A stretch of DNA of 64,000 nt from Minisyncoccota bacterium (GTDB lineage: Bacteria; Patescibacteriota; Minisyncoccia; Phycocordibacterales; GCA-2747955), in the NCBI GenBank assembly GCA_020628915.1, contig JAHDEI010000001.1, positions 19,985-83,984 on the forward strand, in the 5' to 3' direction. The notes under the pieces are model-generated. The model saw only the letters and a list, made by a program, of their open reading frames with translations. It was not told the origin of the DNA and made no database searches. The position numbers and the translations under genes are program-made. Of this stretch, positions 7,365-17,693 are shown piece after piece; position 1 is the first letter of the stretch; the number at the start of each line of letters is the position of its first letter.

Positions 7365-10300
7365 TTGAAAATGTCGTTTACGCATTTACACGTACACTCC
7401 CACTATTCCCTTCTCAACGCGCTGCCAAAAATCCCAGATCTTGTTAAGCGTGCAAAAAAACACAAAATGAGCGCTCTTGCGCTCACTGATGATTCAAACC
7501 TGTATGGTGCAGTTGAGTTTTATAAAACGTGTCAAAAAGAAGGAATCAAACCAATCATCGGAGTTGATTTTTATGTGGCAACCAGAACCCGGCATGACAA
7601 AGTTTCAGGAATCGACAATCGTCGATATAGATTGGTACTACTTGCCAAGAACACAAACGGATACCAAAACCTCATGAGGTTAGTTTCCAAAGCATACACC
7701 GAAGGATTTTATTACAAGGCTCGAATTGATCGAGAACTACTCGAAGAGTACAAAGATGACCTTGTCTGCATCATTCCCCAGTTTTCTGGTGAAACGTCTG
7801 CTCATCTCAAGCTCAATAACAAGGAGCGGTCAGAGGAAGCACTGGCGTTTTACCAAAAGCTATTTGGTGATGATCTCTATCTTGAGGTGTTGCACCAGCC
7901 AGGCATCGAGGGACAAACCGAGCTGCGTGAAAAAATAATTAACTTTGCAGCAGAACATAACGCAAAACTTGTCGCAACTGGTGATACATATTATTTAGAT
8001 CCCGAAGACAAAGCTGCTCGAGACATCCTGGTTGATGTAGGAAATATCAAGATGGGAGGCGGCTTGCATAACGAACATGAAGATTTTTCTTTCAAAAAAC
8101 CATCAGAGCTCAAAAAATTATTTGCTGATGCGCCAAACGCAATCAAACATACCCAGGAAATTGCTGAGAAATGTGACGTAGAAATCACTCTTGGTATTTG
8201 GACCTTCCCCAACTTTACTCTTAATAAAGGAGAAACTGCTGAAACACAATTGAGAAAAATGGCAGAGGCAGGTTTCGCTACGCGAAACCTGCAGCAAACA
8301 GATGAATACATGAAACGCCTCAATTACGAATTAGAGGTCATTGAAAACAAGGGTTATTCAACATACTTCCTGGTGGTTGCCGACCTATTCCGTGCTGCCA
8401 AAGAAATGGACATCGAATCAAATACGAGGGGTTCTGCCGCGGGATGTCTGACCTCATATCTTATTGGAATCACCAACATTGACCCGATTCAATACAAGCT
8501 CCCTTTTGAACGTTTTTTGAACCCGGAGCGTCCATCTCCTCCTGATGTTGATATGGACATCGCTGATGACAAACGAGATGAACTCATCGAATACACGAGG
8601 CAAAAATACGGTGCTGATAAAGTTGCTCAAATTGGTACCTTCGGTACGATGGCTGCACGTGGTTCTGTGCGTGATGCTGCTCGTGCTATGGGTCACCCGT
8701 ACCAGATGGGTGATAAAATCTCAAAATTGATCCCCCTTGGAAAACAAGGTTTTCCTATGACAATCAAGCGTGCTCTTAAAGAAAACTCTGAACTAAAAGA
8801 TTTGTATAACACCGACAAAGACGTCAAAGAAATTGTTGACATGGCACAAAACATTGAAGGCTGTGCTCGGCACATTTCTGTTCATGCTGCAGGTGTGGTA
8901 ATCGCTCCGGATGAAATTACTAAATACACAGCAGTACAATTGGATCCGAAAGGAGGTAAATTGATTACTCAATTTGACATGCATGCCGTTGAAGATGCAG
9001 GCCTCTTGAAATATGATTTTCTTGGTCTCAAAAACCTAACGATCATTCACGAGACAATGCGTCGTCTTAAAAAAACGCGCAACATTGAGTTTGATTTGCA
9101 AACTATCGCTCTTGATGACCAAAAAGCATTCAACATGTTGGCCGAGGGAAATACCTACGGAGTCTTCCAAATGGCATCAGACGGAATGACCAGATGGCTC
9201 AAAGAACTAAAACCGACAACCATCCATGATATTAACGCGATGGTTGCGTTATATAGACCCGGTCCGATGGACTTCATCCCGGATTATATCGAGCGAAAAT
9301 ACAACCCATCCAAAGTTGTATTCCCTGATCCTCGTATGGAGCCTTTTTTGGCTGACTCACTCGGGCTGATGATCTACCAAGAAGACGTGATGCTTATTGC
9401 TGTGGAGATTGCAGGTTATTCATGGCTCGAAGCGGACAAATTCCGAAAAGCGATGGGTAAAAAAATTCCAGAAGTGATGGCCGAGCAAGAAGAAAAATTC
9501 ACCAAAGGATGTATTGCAAACGGGATGAATGAAAAAGTGGTGACAAAACTATGGGAAGATATCACAAAATTTGCCGCCTACGGTTTCAACAAATCTCACG
9601 CTGCCTCATACGGCCGTGTTGCATATCAAACAGCATATTTGAAAGCAAACTACCCTTCTGAATACATGGCAGCTCTATTATCTGCTGACTCTGGTGACAA
9701 CGAACGTATTGCAAAAGCAGTGGATGAATGTAAAAAAATGGGTATTCCTGTCCTCCCTCCTGACGTCAATGAATCGTTTGAGGAATTTGGTGTAACTGCA
9801 GGAAGCGACCGCAAGGATGACACTATTCGTTTCGGACTCTCAACTATCAAGAACTTTGGAGAAAACCTCTCACACACCATCGTTGAAGAACGAAAAGCAA
9901 ACGGAAAATATAAATCTCTTGAAGATTTCCTGACGCGCGTGAATGGTCGTGATTTAAATAAAAAATCTCTTGAGGCCTTAACCCTTGCTGGTGGTTTAGA
10001 CTCTCTTGCTGATCGATCTTTAATTATTGGAAATCTTGATGATCTTCTTTCTTTTGCAAAATCAAAGCGTGAACAAAACGCGGCCCAAGATAGCCTCTTT
10101 TCAATGATGGGTGAATCTGCAGTCGCTGACTTGAACCTCCCTCCTGTTGATGGAAAAACCATTCGAGTAAAAACCACAGGAATGGAGCACGAGGTGATCA
10201 ACTCTCTTCCCCTTTCAAAAAAAGATCAGTTGTATTGGGAAAAACAACTGTTGGGTCTGTATATTTCTGGGCATCCACTCGAAAAATATAAAAAAGTTTT

Positions 10301-10589
10301 AACTGAAGGTGGTAAAGACATTCGATCTGCAAAAAATGCTGCAATTGGAAACAGGACAGTTGCTGGTGTTATTGACGAAATCAAAGAAATACAAACAAAA
10401 AAAGGAGACACCATGGCATTCGTTCGCCTTTCAGATTTCTCAGACTCAATGGAACTAGTGGTGTTTCCTGAAGCGTACAAAAACAATCGAGAATTATTGA
10501 AGGAGGATACTATTATTGCAGCCGCAGGAAAACTAAATAGGCGTGACGACGAAGTCTCTCTTCTGCTCGACAAAGTGAAAAAGCTCTAA
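7365..10589 (+). CDS. dnaE: DNA polymerase III alpha subunit
   Basis: PHP domain (HLHVHSHYSLL), a polymerase core, and an OB fold near the C-terminus. At 1074 aa it is compact. Confidence 0.95.
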   Translation: MKMSFTHLHVHSHYSLLNALPKIPDLVKRAKKHKMSALALTDDSNLYGAVEFYKTCQKEGIKPIIGVDFYVATRTRHDKVSGIDNRRYRLVLLAKNTNGYQNLMRLVSKAYTEGFYYKARIDRELLEEYKDDLVCIIPQFSGETSAHLKLNNKERSEEALAFYQKLFGDDLYLEVLHQPGIEGQTELREKIINFAAEHNAKLVATGDTYYLDPEDKAARDILVDVGNIKMGGGLHNEHEDFSFKKPSELKKLFADAPNAIKHTQEIAEKCDVEITLGIWTFPNFTLNKGETAETQLRKMAEAGFATRNLQQTDEYMKRLNYELEVIENKGYSTYFLVVADLFRAAKEMDIESNTRGSAAGCLTSYLIGITNIDPIQYKLPFERFLNPERPSPPDVDMDIADDKRDELIEYTRQKYGADKVAQIGTFGTMAARGSVRDAARAMGHPYQMGDKISKLIPLGKQGFPMTIKRALKENSELKDLYNTDKDVKEIVDMAQNIEGCARHISVHAAGVVIAPDEITKYTAVQLDPKGGKLITQFDMHAVEDAGLLKYDFLGLKNLTIIHETMRRLKKTRNIEFDLQTIALDDQKAFNMLAEGNTYGVFQMASDGMTRWLKELKPTTIHDINAMVALYRPGPMDFIPDYIERKYNPSKVVFPDPRMEPFLADSLGLMIYQEDVMLIAVEIAGYSWLEADKFRKAMGKKIPEVMAEQEEKFTKGCIANGMNEKVVTKLWEDITKFAAYGFNKSHAASYGRVAYQTAYLKANYPSEYMAALLSADSGDNERIAKAVDECKKMGIPVLPPDVNESFEEFGVTAGSDRKDDTIRFGLSTIKNFGENLSHTIVEERKANGKYKSLEDFLTRVNGRDLNKKSLEALTLAGGLDSLADRSLIIGNLDDLLSFAKSKREQNAAQDSLFSMMGESAVADLNLPPVDGKTIRVKTTGMEHEVINSLPLSKKDQLYWEKQLLGLYISGHPLEKYKKVLTEGGKDIRSAKNAAIGNRTVAGVIDEIKEIQTKKGDTMAFVRLSDFSDSMELVVFPEAYKNNRELLKEDTIIAAAGKLNRRDDEVSLLLDKVKKL

Positions 10590-10648
10590 TTTATTTGACA
10601 AATTTAATTTAGTCTGTATAGTAAATTACAGATCGAGAGGAGGTTTCT

Positions 10649-10867
10649 GTGGAACGCGATATCATTAAAATAAAGCAGGCACCCGATGCTGAAAATATCG
10701 ATAACTTTTGGGATGGACTGATGTTTGGCGGTTTGTTCCCTCTGTGGCTAATGCTTTTAGCTATTACAGAGTCAAATGAGATGAACATGAAAGTAACATC
10801 CACCGGTGCAAAATTTGGGCTCGTCATTGCAGCCATGTTATGGCTGAGTCAATGTGGTCAAGGATAG
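10649..10867 (+). CDS. Hypothetical small protein (GTG start)
   Basis: AGGAGG RBS. An upstream TTGACA-16-TATAGT promoter at 10596-10623 and a downstream terminator at 10870-10893. Confidence 0.45.
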   Translation: MERDIIKIKQAPDAENIDNFWDGLMFGGLFPLWLMLLAITESNEMNMKVTSTGAKFGLVIAAMLWLSQCGQG

Positions 10868-10946
10868 AACCCGCCGCTCAGGCGGGTTTTTTAATTGACA
10901 GAGTACACGTATCGATGTAACCTAAATACTAGAAAAGGAGAAAAAG

Positions 10947-11198
10947 ATGAAACTTAATGTAATTAAAAAGTCTCTCGACAGAACAATAAATAGCGGCAAC
11001 TGGAAAAAAGCAGAAGAACTCATTGGAAAATTCTGTGAAATTTCGACTGCTGGAGCCAAAGCTTGGCTTAATGAGAAAACAACTGAACGGTTCAAAAAAC
11101 AAGATTCTAGGGCCGTTTTGCAGATCAATCTATTCCAATGCCGAATTGACCTTGCTGAAGCAGAAAAAATGCTTGCAGTAAACACAAGCCCTGCTTAG
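10947..11198 (+). CDS. Hypothetical small protein
   Basis: AAAGGAGAAAAAG RBS and its own terminator (agccctgcttagcggggtttt) downstream. Confidence 0.5.
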   Translation: MKLNVIKKSLDRTINSGNWKKAEELIGKFCEISTAGAKAWLNEKTTERFKKQDSRAVLQINLFQCRIDLAEAEKMLAVNTSPA

Positions 11199-11273
11199 CG
11201 GGGTTTTCTTTTTATTTGACTTACTATTCCCTATCGTTTATAAACAAATCAGAAGAAACAAAGGAGAGTGCAC

Positions 11274-11549
11274 ATGAGCACAAAAACGCTCACAAAACCA
11301 CCAGAAAATACGCATCTGATTTGCAGAAAAGTAGGTAGACGATTTGTCTTTACTTGCCCTCGAGTTGCAGGTTTACACTATGCAGTTGATGAGCTAAAAC
11401 AAGAAAATTTTGATTTAGTACTGCGGGCTTTCTCGGCACATGCTTCGGCAGTATATAACCAAACACTGACATACAAACCGAAAACACTCAATAACCAGCA
11501 TCTGAATGCAACTAGTGGCTTTATGCTCGCTGTGGTGTTAGAAAAATAA
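11274..11549 (+). CDS. Hypothetical small protein
   Basis: TTGACT-17-TATAAA promoter upstream, AAAGGAGAG RBS, and a terminator (cgcctcagggcgagttt) downstream. Confidence 0.5.
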   Translation: MSTKTLTKPPENTHLICRKVGRRFVFTCPRVAGLHYAVDELKQENFDLVLRAFSAHASAVYNQTLTYKPKTLNNQHLNATSGFMLAVVLEK

Positions 11550-11582
11550 TCCAAAACTCGCCTCAGGGCGAGTTTATTTGTT

Positions 11583-11605
11583 TGACATTTTGTTTCAAAA
11601 TGTCA
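11583..11605 (+). promoter_or_regulatory. Palindromic operator-like site overlapping a TTGACA -35 element
   Basis: tgacattttg-ttt-caaaatgtca, perfect 10-bp arms, roughly 30 nt upstream of the ATG at 11636. Confidence 0.45.
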
Positions 11606-11635
11606 TTATATCGATTGGATGAAAGGAGAATATCC

Positions 11636-12088
11636 ATGAAAAAGCTCGAAAAAATTCGACAGGCCTATACAGTAGGCGCGGCAATCACAACGATCCCACT
11701 CAACAACATCATCGCAGAAAACCTAAAGGCTGAATCGCCCGACAATGTGGTTTTGCGCATGTTGTGTGCTGATGCATGTGTCTCAGGACATGCTACCCTA
11801 TATGACAAAATCATTAGCAAAGTGCCTTATGAAAAGCTCTACGCTGATACCTCGGTCGTCATAGATGATGATGTGATTACGCAGTTGCGTGATAATGACG
11901 AGGTCTTACTAGCAGATTACTTTGCCCATGATCACCGTTGGGAATCGGTTGAGCCGAGACTGCGGAATATGTCACCCGATTGCCAAAGACATTGGCTTGA
12001 TCAAAAGATTAATGAATTTGAATCTGACAACATTCCCGGAGATCTTCAATTTTTAAAAGACACGTATGCCCCTGACTACCTTGCGTAG
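11636..12088 (+). CDS. Hypothetical protein
   Basis: GAAAGGAGAAT RBS and a downstream terminator (aaagcgaccgaatctggtcgcttttt). Confidence 0.5.
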   Translation: MKKLEKIRQAYTVGAAITTIPLNNIIAENLKAESPDNVVLRMLCADACVSGHATLYDKIISKVPYEKLYADTSVVIDDDVITQLRDNDEVLLADYFAHDHRWESVEPRLRNMSPDCQRHWLDQKINEFESDNIPGDLQFLKDTYAPDYLA

Positions 12089-12160
12089 TTAATACAAAGC
12101 GACCGAATCTGGTCGCTTTTTCTTTTATAAAAACTCTTCCCCTGCTACAATACAACAATC

Positions 12161-13900
12161 ATGGAAAAACACGACTCACTATATAAGATCAGACATTCAT
12201 TCGCTCACGTCCTAGCGATGGCCGTTTTAGACACTTATCCTGATGCAAAGATCGCTATTGGCCCAGCTATCGACACCGGATTCTACTACGACATTGATTT
12301 TGGTGAGGAAAAAATCTCAGACGAACACCTCAAAGATTTACAAAAAAAGATGAAAAAAATTGCTGGTCGCGGACTCGAATTTTCAGGCACACCAGTAACC
12401 GCAGAGGAAGCACTCGCGCACTACAAAAACAATCCATACAAAACTGAGCTTATCCAAGAGTTCGCCGCAGAGAACAAAGAGCTCACATTTTACAAAACAG
12501 GAGATGACTTCATTGACTTGTGTGCAGGTGGACATGTTGAGAATACCAAAGAGCTCCCTCTTGATGCATTCCGACTTGATAAAGTTGCCGGGGCTTATTG
12601 GCGAGGTGACGAGAAAAACAAAATGCTCACCCGAATCTATGGTCTCGCATTTGAAACCAAAGAGGAATTAGACACTCACCTAAAAATGATTGAAGAGGCA
12701 AAGAAACGTGACCACCGCAAACTCGGTAAGGAACTTGGCCTATTTACATTTTCAGAGCTAGTTGGCCCAGGATTGCCGCTCTGGACTCCAAAAGGAACTC
12801 TCTTGCGAAAAGCAATCGATGACTTTGTATGGGAACTGCGTGCAGAGAAAGGTTATAAACAAGTAACTATTCCTCACATCACAAAAGAAGATTTATATAA
12901 AACATCCGGACACTATGACAAGTTTGCTGACGAGTTATTTAAAGTTGGATCACGTGAAGGGAAAAATTATTTCCTCAAGCCAATGAACTGTCCTCACCAC
13001 ACACAAATTTTTGATGCTGAGCCACGTTCATACAAAGACATGCCTCAGCGGTATGCTGAAACCACGATGGTGTATCGAGACGAACAGTCTGGAGAGCTCG
13101 GAGGGCTGACTCGTGTACTTTCAATTACACAAGATGACGCTCATGTATTCTGCCGGGAAATTCAAATCAAAGAAGAAATGAATGCAATTTGGGATATTGT
13201 TGAAAAATTCTATGGAGCATTTAATTTCACACTCGGTGTTCACCTTTCATTCCATGACCCTGAAGAAATGGATAAGTATCTAGGAACACCAGAGGTATGG
13301 GCTAGCTCAGAAGGACTCATCGAAGAGATCGCTAAAGAACGAGGTGTAGACTATGTAGTAGACCTTGGCGAAGCTGCACTGTATGGACCAAAGCTAGACT
13401 TTAGAGCAACTGATTCTCTTGGGCGAACACACCAGGTAGCAACTATCCAGCTAGATCGAAACCTCCCAGAGCGATTTGATCTGACATGTATTAATGAAAA
13501 CGGTGAAAAAGAGCGGATTGTGATGATCCATGCTGCAATTGCTGGGTCACTCGAGCGATTCTCTGGTGTGATGATTGAGCACACAGCCGGTAACTTCCCT
13601 CTTCGATTCTCACCAACACAAGTAGCGGTGATTCCTATTGCAGAACCACACAATGAATATGCCCAAGGCGTAAACGATGCATTAGTTGCAGCTGGGTATA
13701 GAACTACCATGAATACATCTAAAGATGGATTTGGTAAAAAGGTGCGAGCAGCTAAAAAGGAAAAGCTCCCCTACTTTATTGTGATTGGAGACCAAGATAT
13801 CGAAGCGAACAAAGTCACACTTGAGTCTCGTGATACTGGCGAATCAGAACAGCTCTCAATCGAAGAAGTTCTCACTAGATTTAATGAAGAAGTACAATAA
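12161..13900 (+). CDS. thrS: Threonyl-tRNA synthetase, lacking the N-terminal TGS domain
   Basis: Begins in the second additional domain (HSFAHVLAMAV), then the class II core motifs and an anticodon-binding domain. Total length 579 aa. Confidence 0.9.
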   Translation: MEKHDSLYKIRHSFAHVLAMAVLDTYPDAKIAIGPAIDTGFYYDIDFGEEKISDEHLKDLQKKMKKIAGRGLEFSGTPVTAEEALAHYKNNPYKTELIQEFAAENKELTFYKTGDDFIDLCAGGHVENTKELPLDAFRLDKVAGAYWRGDEKNKMLTRIYGLAFETKEELDTHLKMIEEAKKRDHRKLGKELGLFTFSELVGPGLPLWTPKGTLLRKAIDDFVWELRAEKGYKQVTIPHITKEDLYKTSGHYDKFADELFKVGSREGKNYFLKPMNCPHHTQIFDAEPRSYKDMPQRYAETTMVYRDEQSGELGGLTRVLSITQDDAHVFCREIQIKEEMNAIWDIVEKFYGAFNFTLGVHLSFHDPEEMDKYLGTPEVWASSEGLIEEIAKERGVDYVVDLGEAALYGPKLDFRATDSLGRTHQVATIQLDRNLPERFDLTCINENGEKERIVMIHAAIAGSLERFSGVMIEHTAGNFPLRFSPTQVAVIPIAEPHNEYAQGVNDALVAAGYRTTMNTSKDGFGKKVRAAKKEKLPYFIVIGDQDIEANKVTLESRDTGESEQLSIEEVLTRFNEEVQ

Positions 13901-13924
13901 AAAAGAGCGGCGTGCCGCTCTTTT

Positions 13925-14650
13925 TTATTTCTGTAGATATGCAATCCAGAATACCCTTTTGTATGACCGATCATTCATTTTTGTGTAGTGAAACTCTTTT
14001 TCTAATTTTAAAATAGTGAATTGATTGTATGTTTTGCGAAAATCAGATTCAGTGAATACACGCTCGACTAATCCTACACCAGGCATGACGTACGTATCAG
14101 GCTCTGGGCCTGGATATTTTTTAATCAATTCTTTTGCATTGTCATCTCCGTCTTTGCAGAGCGCTCGCACAAAAAAGTATCCTCTAGTTTTTAATACACG
14201 TCCGACCTCATCTAAATAATTCTTGCGCTGTTCTGTGCTAAGTGCGTTTGAGCTAGTCACATCAAACACAACATCTACAGATTCGGTACTAACGTCCAAT
14301 TTCTTGCCGATTGAGCCCCATCTATATTCAACAGATCCACCTGCCACACGTAGTTCTCGGTCTTTCCGTTTAGCGCTCTCTTGCGCGTTTTTAATGGCAT
14401 TTTTTGCTATTTCGACTCCTACCACCTCAGCACCTCTTTCTGCGATAAATAAGGCATTTTTGCCCTCTCCAGAGCCTAAATCAAGCACAGACATAGCCTG
14501 AAATGGAAACCCTGGATTTTCGATACGCCCAGCTTTTTTTCTCTCCTTCTTTAGCCATTTGCAAAAAGCACGAAAAGAAGCAGCAGGCTTGTCCCCTCCG
14601 ACGAGTTTCTTATCTTTGTATTCCCTCTCCCAAATCTCTTGTTGGCTCAT
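13925..14650 (-). CDS. Class I SAM-dependent methyltransferase
   Basis: SAM-binding motif I VLDLGSGEGKNALFIAERGAEVVGVEI. Confidence 0.7.
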   Translation of the reverse strand: MSQQEIWEREYKDKKLVGGDKPAASFRAFCKWLKKERKKAGRIENPGFPFQAMSVLDLGSGEGKNALFIAERGAEVVGVEIAKNAIKNAQESAKRKDRELRVAGGSVEYRWGSIGKKLDVSTESVDVVFDVTSSNALSTEQRKNYLDEVGRVLKTRGYFFVRALCKDGDDNAKELIKKYPGPEPDTYVMPGVGLVERVFTESDFRKTYNQFTILKLEKEFHYTKMNDRSYKRVFWIAYLQK

Positions 14651-14651
14651 A

Positions 14652-15323
14652 TTATTCGCCTCCGAAGTATCCAGTGAGATTAAGAAGTGACTGGAACATC
14701 ACCAATAGATTTACATACATATGTAGCGCGCCCAATGTTGATGCCTTTGATTTTTCTTCTTCAGTCTGTAATTTTGGAAACAGATTTTTGTAGTATTGCG
14801 AGTCGTATACAGTCAAAGCGGAAAATACAATCATCGCCACTGACGAAACGATAATATCTAGTGGCCCACTCTTAAACACAAATCCGTTCAGAAGTGAAAC
14901 GATCAAGATCCCCCACACTGCAGAAAACAAGAATGTTCCCCACCCTGACATGTTGTATTTCATCCGATAACCGATAATTGCTAGAGTGATAAATAGAATT
15001 ACTGCTGCTGCAAAAATTACCACAACAGTCATTGGCTTAGTTGATAGAAAATGTACCAATAACCCGGAAATTGTAATTCCCGTAAGTGCTGCGTATACAA
15101 AGTACAATACAAATGAAACCTTATACGAAAGCTTGTTTATCATGAACTGAATAAAAAACAAAAGGGCTAGCTCGATACCTGCCAGTGCATAAAATACACC
15201 CGGATTTTGCAAAACGACTGATAATTGTGTATTCATGGTCAGCCATGAAAAGAGAGCTGAAACTAATACTCCAGCTGCCATCCATTTGTAAATGGATCCA
15301 AAAAATTGATTAACTGTATTCAT
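14652..15323 (-). CDS. Bax inhibitor-1/YccA family membrane protein
   Basis: Seven predicted TM helices and a C-terminal ...ALHMYVNLLVMFQSLLNL... signature typical of BI-1/YccA. Confidence 0.7.
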   Translation of the reverse strand: MNTVNQFFGSIYKWMAAGVLVSALFSWLTMNTQLSVVLQNPGVFYALAGIELALLFFIQFMINKLSYKVSFVLYFVYAALTGITISGLLVHFLSTKPMTVVVIFAAAVILFITLAIIGYRMKYNMSGWGTFLFSAVWGILIVSLLNGFVFKSGPLDIIVSSVAMIVFSALTVYDSQYYKNLFPKLQTEEEKSKASTLGALHMYVNLLVMFQSLLNLTGYFGGE

Positions 15324-15331
15324 GCGAGATA

Positions 15332-16486
15332 TTATACTATGATTCCTCCCCCAATACATTGATTGTCCTTATATAAAACTAGTGATTGCCCTTTTGCCAC
15401 AGCATTATGTGGAGTATCAAATGTAGCAATGTACTTTCTTTGACCACAGGACCTGCCGACGTGTGAAAATCTGATCATGCATGGTATCAGATTTCCTCGA
15501 TAACGTACTCGACCCTCATATTTCAGTTCCTCTTTGGGCTCATCACTAATCCAATTAGTTTCTGTAATTTTAATTTCGTGCGAGTGCTTCTTGTTTGACT
15601 CTTCGAGTAACTCTTTTGGACCAACTGTGATTGTATTATTGTCTTGGTCGCGGTCTATTACATACAAACGTGGTGTATCGGGCGTCTTTGCCTCAGGAAA
15701 AATTTCAAATCCATGTCTTTCCCCTTTGGTATAAAAAATTGCACCATCATGTGATCCAATAATATCACCGTCTTCATTCAACACATCTCCTGGGTTTTCA
15801 TCAATAAACTCTTGTAAAAAATCTTTCATTTTTACTTTCCCTACAAAACAAAGTCCTTGCGAGTCTTTCTTCTCTGCCGTGAAAAGATCGTATTTTTCTG
15901 CCAGCTTGCGAACCTTGTCTTTAGGATATGCACCGATCGGGAACAATACCTTTGCAAGTTTCTCTTGCGGCATAGTATAGAGAAAATATGTTTGATCCTT
16001 GTTTGCATCATTTCCTTTATGCATTTCAAAAAGGCCGTTGCTTTTATTAAAAATATTTTGTGCATAGTGACCAGAAGCAACAAAATCGGCACCATTCTTG
16101 ATAGCAAAATCAAGAAAACCACCAAATTTTACATACTTGTTACAAAACACATCTGGGTTTGGCGTCTCTCCTTTTTTGTATGTATTAATCATGTAATCAA
16201 ATACATCCTGCTTGTATTCTTTTTCTAAATCAAGATCTAAAAAAGGCACATCGAGTTTCTGACATACCGCCAACGCATCAAGTCGTTCATCGCGCCAATC
16301 ACAACCAAGGAAATCAGGGTGGTAGACCTTTATAAACACTCCCGTAACATCAAATCCTGCATCTCTGAGCAACGCCAATGATACCGAGCTGTCGACTCCG
16401 CCTGAGACCCCCACGAAAACTCTTTTTCTCGTTCCGTCTTTGTTTTTTGGGTTTGGGATATAGTTTTTTGGTTTGCTCCAAAACAT
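15332..16486 (-). CDS. mnmA: tRNA-specific 2-thiouridylase MnmA
   Basis: PP-loop VGVSGGVDSSV, plus the catalytic Cys and C-terminal domains. Confidence 0.9.
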   Translation of the reverse strand: MFWSKPKNYIPNPKNKDGTRKRVFVGVSGGVDSSVSLALLRDAGFDVTGVFIKVYHPDFLGCDWRDERLDALAVCQKLDVPFLDLDLEKEYKQDVFDYMINTYKKGETPNPDVFCNKYVKFGGFLDFAIKNGADFVASGHYAQNIFNKSNGLFEMHKGNDANKDQTYFLYTMPQEKLAKVLFPIGAYPKDKVRKLAEKYDLFTAEKKDSQGLCFVGKVKMKDFLQEFIDENPGDVLNEDGDIIGSHDGAIFYTKGERHGFEIFPEAKTPDTPRLYVIDRDQDNNTITVGPKELLEESNKKHSHEIKITETNWISDEPKEELKYEGRVRYRGNLIPCMIRFSHVGRSCGQRKYIATFDTPHNAVAKGQSLVLYKDNQCIGGGIIV

Positions 16487-16514
16487 GTGTCGCGATTATA
16501 ACAAAAAAGGTCCG

Positions 16515-17603
16515 CTACGGTGCGTAGCGAACCTCGTCATTTGACTGTTTCTCAATTGCAGAGAATGACAGGATAAATCCTGTGTGATCCGAGAAGGATT
16601 CTTTCATTCCCTTAGGGAATGGAACCCAAGCGTGCTCCGGAACCAATCGTTGGTCTGGAGTGTTGCGCAACAAGAGTACGTCAACGTGATAGTCTAAGAT
16701 ACCAGCAAAATGTTTCGCTGATGATTCCTCTACTACACCTAATCGCTCTGCATCACGTAATGCATTCTCATAATAATCACCCATCACTTCTCGTAATGTG
16801 GCTAAACGCTGAGGTGCATGCCCCATGTTTAGATCGCCAGCCATTACAATGAGTGTGTCTTCATCAATCTCAGTTTCAATTGTGTGCTGAAGCATTTTAA
16901 TCTGATGATGATATGCTTCATCCGCGCGCTCTCCAGAAACACCGGTAGGTTCTCTAGAATTCATGTGGATTGCAACAAATGCAACCGGTTTATCAAATTC
17001 TGGGATTTTAATCCAGGCTATCAATACCCCTTTTGAGGCGAGACAGTCGTACCCAGCACACATTCCCGAAGGAAAACCAACGGTTTTGGTCCGAAGAATC
17101 GGGTAATCCGAAAGAATTGCAAGACCACTATTAAGAATGGTTCCGCTTTTTTCACCCTTACGGAAAGACCTCTTGTTATGGAACTCCTCAGAAATCGGGT
17201 AGATATCAGTCTTTGGTGCCTTATCAGGACCATATACCAGATATGGATACTTCCCATATCGGTTGAGGTTTTCCGCTCCTTTACGGAAGGCTTCCTGAAG
17301 GATGATAATCTTTGGTTGATTACATCTCTCCCGCATCTCTGCGATTCGATGTCCGATATCAATGGCAACTTTGCTCCGACCCTTGTCAATTCCTCCCCTA
17401 CCTCTTTCTTTATCCACCACTTTTGGAAGATCTCGAATATTGTAGGTCAGAACGGTAAAGCCAGGACAATCTGTCGGCCACACTTTGGTTTCTGTTTCTG
17501 AGATGGACGCTGGTTTGTAACTCATGAGTGAAGACCCATGCACACAGCCTACAAGGGAGAACCCCAGTAGACAAATGACTAAAATTTTCAGTAGTTTGAA
17601 CAC
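16515..17603 (-). CDS. Endonuclease/exonuclease/phosphatase (EEP) family lipoprotein
   Basis: Lipobox LVGC after a signal peptide. EEP motifs (...IIILQEA..., ...AGDLNMGH..., ...SDHTG...). Confidence 0.7.
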   Translation of the reverse strand: MFKLLKILVICLLGFSLVGCVHGSSLMSYKPASISETETKVWPTDCPGFTVLTYNIRDLPKVVDKERGRGGIDKGRSKVAIDIGHRIAEMRERCNQPKIIILQEAFRKGAENLNRYGKYPYLVYGPDKAPKTDIYPISEEFHNKRSFRKGEKSGTILNSGLAILSDYPILRTKTVGFPSGMCAGYDCLASKGVLIAWIKIPEFDKPVAFVAIHMNSREPTGVSGERADEAYHHQIKMLQHTIETEIDEDTLIVMAGDLNMGHAPQRLATLREVMGDYYENALRDAERLGVVEESSAKHFAGILDYHVDVLLLRNTPDQRLVPEHAWVPFPKGMKESFSDHTGFILSFSAIEKQSNDEVRYAP

Positions 17604-17693
17604 TTTTTTCTCCTTTGCTTTAAAAGAATTCTACTTTAATTTTATAACTAATATAAAATAAGTCAAGTCTCTAAAAACAAAACTGTGGATTTA

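Noticed and set aside
7477-10573. Multiple short ORFs on both strands within dnaE.
   Set aside because: They are fully contained in a 1074-aa ORF with a clear homology pattern, so they are shadow ORFs.
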